A stretch of 38,488 bases of DNA, the filler included, from Heptranchias perlo (Eukaryota): the NCBI RefSeq assembly GCF_035084215.1. It is 2 parts of 2 records of this genome, joined end to end, with 100 filler letters (N's around TTAATTAATTAA, not from the genome) between each part and the next. Parts side by side here need not be neighbours in the genome. Positions count along the whole stretch, not along the records: positions 15,387 to 38,488 come from NW_027139328.1; 1 more part is not named here. The stretch is one strand, 5' to 3'. The position numbers and the translations under genes were made by a program. The notes beneath the pieces were generated by a model, which saw only the letters and a program-made list of their open reading frames with translations, had not been told where the DNA came from and ran no database searches. Shown here piece after piece: positions 33,682 to 38,488 of this stretch (the first letter of the stretch is position 1; each line of letters begins with the position of its first letter).

Positions 33682-36600
33682 CCCGGTCACTGGTCCCTCT
33701 CCTTTATATCCCAGCCCTGCTCTCGGTCACTGCTCCCTCTCCTTTATATCCCCGCCCTGCTCTCAGTCACTGCTCCCTCTCCTTTATATCCCCGTCCTGC
33801 TCTCAGTCTCTGGTCCCTCTCCTTTATATCCCTGTCCTCCCCTCGGTCACTGGTCCCTCTCCTTTATATCCCCGTCCTGCTCTCGGTCACTGGTCCCTCT
33901 CCTTTATATCCCCGTCCTGCTCTCGGTCACTGCTCCCTCTCCTTTATATCCCCGTCCTGCTCTCGGTCACTGCTCCCTCTCCTTTATATCCCTGCCCTGC
34001 CCCCGGTTACTAATCCCTCTCCTTTGTATCCCCGCCCTGCCTCCCCGGTCACTGGTCCCTCTCCTTTATATCCCCGCCCTGCTCTCGGTCACTGGTCCCT
34101 CTCCTTTATATCCCCGCCCTGCCCCCGGTCACTGCTCCCTCTCCTTTATATCCCCGCCCTGCTCTCAGTCACTGGTCCCTCTCCTTTATATCCCCGCCCT
34201 GCCCCCGGTCACTGGTCCCTCTCCTTTATATCCCCGCCCTGCCCCCGGTCACTGCTCCCTCTCCTTTATATCCCCGCCCTGCTCTCAGTCACTGGTCCCT
34301 CTCCTTTATATCCCCGCCCTGCCCCCGGTCACTGGTCCCTCTCCTTTATATCCCCGCCCTGCCCCCGGTCATTGCTCCCTCTCCTTTATATCCCCGCCCT
34401 GCTCTCAGTCACTGGTCCCTCTCCTTTATATCCCCGCCCTGCCCCTGGTCACTGGTCCCTCTCCTTTATATCCCCGCCCTGCCCCCGGTCACTGGTCCCT
34501 CTCCTTTATATCCCCGTCCTGCTCTCAGTCACTGGTCCCTCTCCTTTACATCCCCGCCCTGCCCCCGGTTATTAATCCCTCTCCTTGATATCCCCGTCCT
34601 GCTCTCGGTCACTGCTCCCTCTCCTTTCTATCCCCGCCCTGCTCTCGTTCACTGGTCCCTCTCCTTTATATCCCCGCCTTGCCCCCGGTCACTGGTCCCT
34701 CTCCTTTATATCCCCGCCTGCCCCCGGTCACTGGTCCCTCTCCTTTATATCCCCGTCCTGCTCTCGGTCACTGCTCCCTCTCCTTTATATCCCCGCCCTG
34801 CTCTCGTTCACTGGTCCCTCTCCTTTATATCCCCGCCCTCCCCCCCGTTCACTGGTCCCTCTCCTTTATATCCCCGCCCTGCTCTCAGTCACTGGTCCCT
34901 CTCCTTTATATCCCCGTCCTGCTCTCTCGGTCACTCGTCCCTCTCCTTTATATCCCCGCCCTGCTCCCGGTCACTGGTCCCTCTCCTTTATATCCCAGCC
35001 CTGCTCTCGGTCACTGGTCCCTCTCCTTTATATCCCCATCCTGCTCCCGGTCACTGGTCCCTTTCCTTTATATCCCCGCCCTGCCCCCGGTCTCTGGTCC
35101 CTCTCCTTTATATCCCAGCCCTGCTCTCGGTCACTGGTCCCTCTCCTTTATATCCCCATCCTGCTCCCGGTCACTGGTCCCTTTCCTTTATATCCCCGTC
35201 CTGCCCCCAGTCACTCGTCTCTCTCCTTTACATATCCGCCCTGCTCCCGGTCACTGGTCCCTCTCCTTTATATCCCCGTCCTGCCCCCGGTCACTCGTCC
35301 CTCTCCTTTATATCCCCGTCCTGCTCTCGGTCACTGCTCCCTCTCCTTTATATCCCCGCCCTGCTCTCGGTCACTGCTCCCTCTCCTTTATATCCCCGCC
35401 CTGCCCCCGGTCACTGGTCCCTCTCCTTTGTATCCCCGCCCTGCCCCCGGTCACTGGTCCCTCTCCTTTATATCCCCGACCTGCTCTCGGTCACTTGTCC
35501 CTCTCCTTTATATCCCCGTCCTGCTCTCGGTCTCTGGTCCCTCTCCTTTATATTCCCGTCCTGCCCCCGGTCACTGGTCCCTCTCCTTTATATCCCCGTC
35601 CTGCTCTCGGTCTCTGGTCCCTCTCCCTTATTTCCCCGTCCTGCTCCCGGTCACTGGTCCCTCTCCTTCATATCCCCGCCCTGCCCCGGTCACTGGTCCC
35701 TCTCCTTTGTATCCCCGTCCTGCTCTCGGTCACTGGTCCCTCTCCTTTATATCCCCGCCCTGCCCCCGGTCTCTGGTCCCTCTCCTTTATATCCCCATCC
35801 TGCCCTCGTTCACTGGTCCCTCTCCTTCATATCCCCGCCCTGCTCTCGGTCACTGGTCCCTCTCCTTCATACCCCATCCTGCTCCCGGTCACTGGTCCCT
35901 TGTCCCTTTCCTTCATATCCCCGCCCTACTCTCGGTCACTGGTCCCTCTCCTTTATATCCCCGTCCTGCCCTCGGTCACTGGTCCCTCTCCTTTATATCT
36001 CCGTCCTGCCCCCGGTCACTGGTCCCTCTCCTTCATATCCCCGCCCTGCTCTCGGTCTCTGGTCCCTCTCCTTTATATCCCCGTCCTGCTCTCGTTCACT
36101 GGTCCCTCTCCTTTATATCCCCGCCCTGCTCTCGGGCACTGGTCCCTCTCCTTTATATCCCCGTCCTGCCCTCGGTCACTGGTCCCTCTCCTTTATATCC
36201 CCGTCCTGCCCTCGGTCACTGGTCCCTCTCCTTTATATCTCCGTCCTGCCCCCGGTCACTGGTCCCTCTACTTTATATCCCCGCCCTGCTCTCGGGCACT
36301 GGTCCCTCTCCTTTATATCCCGCCCTGCTCTCGGTCGCTGGTCCCTCTCCTTTCTATCCCCGTCCTCCCCTCGTCACTGGTCCCTCTCCTTTGTATCCCC
36401 GTCCTGCTCTCGGTCACTGGTCCCTCTCCTTTATATCCCCGCCCTGCCCCCGGTCACTGGTCCCTCTCCTTTATATCCCCGCCCTGCCCCCGGTCACTGG
36501 TCCCTCTCCTTTATATCCCGACCTGCTCTCGGTCACTGGTCCCTCTCCTTTATATCCCCGACCTGCTCTCGGTCACTGGTCCCTCTCCTTTATATCCCCG

Positions 36601-36982
36601 TCCTGCTCTCGGTCACTGATCCCTCTCCTTTATATCCCCGCCCTGCTCTCGGTCACTGCTCCCTCTCCTTTATATCCCCACCCTGCTCTCGGTCACTGCT
36701 CCCTCTGCTTTATATCCCCGCCCTGCCCTCGGTCACTGGTCCCTCTCTTTGTATCCCCGCCCTGCCCTCGGTCTCTGTCCCTCTCCTTTATATCCCCGTC
36801 CTGCTCTCAGTCACTGCTCCCTCTCCTTTATATCCCCGCCCTGCCCCCTGTCACTGGTCCCTCTCCTTTATATCCCCGCCCTGCTCTCAGTCACTGGTCC
36901 CTCTCCTTTATATCCCGCCCTGCCCCCGGTCACTGGGTCCCTCTCCTTTATATCCCCGCCCTGCCCCCGGTCACTGGTCCCT
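33682..36982 (+). repeat. 40-bp satellite array, block 2, about 82 copies
   Basis: Same unit; variant order mirrors about 28290-31670. Confidence 0.97.
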
Positions 36983-38488
36983 CTCTCTCTCTCTGCGCGC
37001 CCCCTCTCTCTCTCTGCGCGCCCCTCTCTCTCTCTCTCTCTCTGCGCGCCCTCTCTCTCTCTCTGCGCGCCCCTCTGTCTCTCTGCGCGCCCCTCTCTCT
37101 CTCTGCGCGCCCCTCTCTCTCTCTCTGCGCGCCCTCTCTCTCTCTCTCTGCGCGCCCCTCTCTCTCTCTCTCTGCGCGCCCCTCTCTCTCTCTCTGCCCG
37201 CCCCTCTCTCTCTCTCTCTGCGCGCCCCTCTCTCTCTCTGCGCGCCCCTCTCTCTCTCTCTGCGCGCCCTCTCTCTCTCTCTGCGCGCCCCTCTCTCTCT
37301 CTCTCTGCGCGCCCCTCTCTCTCTCTCTGCGCGCCCCTCTCTCTCTCTCTCTGCGCGCCCCTCTCTCTCTCTCTCTCTGCGCGCCCCTCTCTCGCTCTCT
37401 CTGCGCGCCCCTCTCTCTCTGCGCGCCCCTCTCTCTCTCTCTCTGCGCGCCCCTCTCTCTCTGCGCGCCCCTCTCTCTCTCTCTCTCTGCGCGCCCCCCT
37501 CTCTCTCTCTCTCTGCGCGCCCCTCTCTCTCTCTCTCTGCGCGCCCCTCTCTCTCTCTCTCTCTCTGCGCGCCCCTCTCTCTCTCTCTCTGCGCGCCCCC
37601 TCTCTCTCTCTCTCTGCGCGCCCCTCTCTCTCTCTCTCTGCGCGCCCCTCTCTCTCTCTCTCTGCGCGCCCCTCTCTCTCTCTCTGCGCGCCCCTCTCTC
37701 TCTCTCTGCGCGCCCCTCTCTCTCTCTCTGCGCGCCCCTCTCTCTCTCTCTGCGCGCCCCTCTCTCTCTCTGCGCGCCCCTCTCTCTCTCTCTGCGCGCC
37801 CCTCTCTCTCTCTGCGCGCCCCTCTCTCTCTCTCTGCGCGCCCCTCTCTCTCTCTCTGCGCGCCCCTCTCTCTCTCTCTCTGCGCGCCCCTCTCTCTCTC
37901 TCTGCGCGCCCCTCTCTCTCTCTCTCTGCGCGCCCCTCTCTCTCTCTCTGCGCGCCCCTCTCTCTCTCTCTCTGCGCGCCCCTCTCTCTCTCTCTCTGCG
38001 CGCCCCTCTCTCTCTCTCTGCGCGCCCCTCTCTCTCTCTCTCTGCGCGCCCCTCTCTCTCTGCGCGCCCCTCTCTCTCTCTCTCTGCGCGCCCCTCTCTC
38101 TCTCTCTCTCTGCGCGCCCCTCTCTCGCTCTCTCTGCGCGCCCCTCTCTCTCTGCGCGCCCCTCTCTCTCTCTCTGCGCGCCCCTCTCTCTCTCTCTGCG
38201 CGCCCCTCTCTCTCTCTCTCTCTGCGCGCCCCTCTCTCTCTGCGCGCCCCTCTCTCTCTCTCTCTCTCTGCGCGCCCCCCTCTCTCTCTCTCTCTGCGCG
38301 CCCCTCTCTCTCTCTCTCTGCGCGCCCCTCTCTCTCTCTCTGCGCGCCCCTCTCTCTCTCTCTCTCTCTGCGCGCCCCTCTCTCTCTGTCTCTCTGCGCG
38401 CCCCCCTCTCTCTCTGCGCGCCCCTCTCTCTCTCTGCGCGCCCCTCTCTCTCTCTGCGCGCCCCTCTCTCTCTCTCTGCGCGCCCCTA
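36983..38488 (+). repeat. Compound microsatellite [(CT)n-GCGCGCCC], block 2, truncated by the window end
   Basis: Same unit as 31671-33681. Confidence 0.97.

Noticed and set aside
22833-36619. Very long Pro/Leu/Ser-rich ORFs (up to 1155 aa) and Arg/Glu-rich antisense ORFs
   Set aside because: The plus strand of the 40-mer and the (CT)n-GCGC repeats simply lack stop codons in all frames. The ORFs overlap in several frames, cycle the same peptide, and have no splice or start context.
18434-36982. CRISPR-like arrays (28-40 bp repeats, partly palindromic)
   Set aside because: Units are head-to-tail with no unique spacers, there are no cas genes, and the context is a vertebrate genome.
38480-38488. 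Terminal CCCTA as the start of a telomeric repeat
   Set aside because: Only a partial unit, in the wrong orientation for a right chromosome end, and similar TA variants occur inside the microsatellite (near 33269).

Overview
Eukaryotic, repeat-dense genomic DNA, most likely from a cartilaginous fish (inferred from the CR1, L2 and Deu-domain SINE sequences and the MHC-like exon). The window is two contigs joined by an artificial 100-nt spacer (44 N + TTAATTAATTAA + 44 N, 15287-15386). Host-gene content is small: (i) an intact 261-nt, phase 1/1 exon on the minus strand (783-1043) encoding a divergent MHC class I alpha-1 domain that has lost the classical peptide anchors and has a strongly hydrophobic predicted groove; (ii) a weak candidate 49-nt leader exon for that gene (11566-11614, minus); (iii) across the spacer, a plus-strand exon for a connecting peptide and transmembrane segment of a type-I membrane protein (18180-18305), compatible with a class I heavy chain. 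The rest is nested CR1 LINEs of several ages (one with an intact zinc-finger/esterase ORF1, one with an intact 489-aa RT ORF), L2 fragments, SINEs, a small MITE-like element, 33-bp and 28-bp minisatellites, and about 15.6 kb of satellite (a 40-bp unit plus a (CT)n-GCGCGCCC compound repeat) with roughly 2 kb and 5.3 kb higher-order periodicity. The long ORFs in the satellites are repeat artefacts. The best lead for something undescribed is the non-classical, possibly lipid- or non-peptide-binding MHC class I gene. TE boundaries are approximate, and family names come from motif recognition, not database searches.
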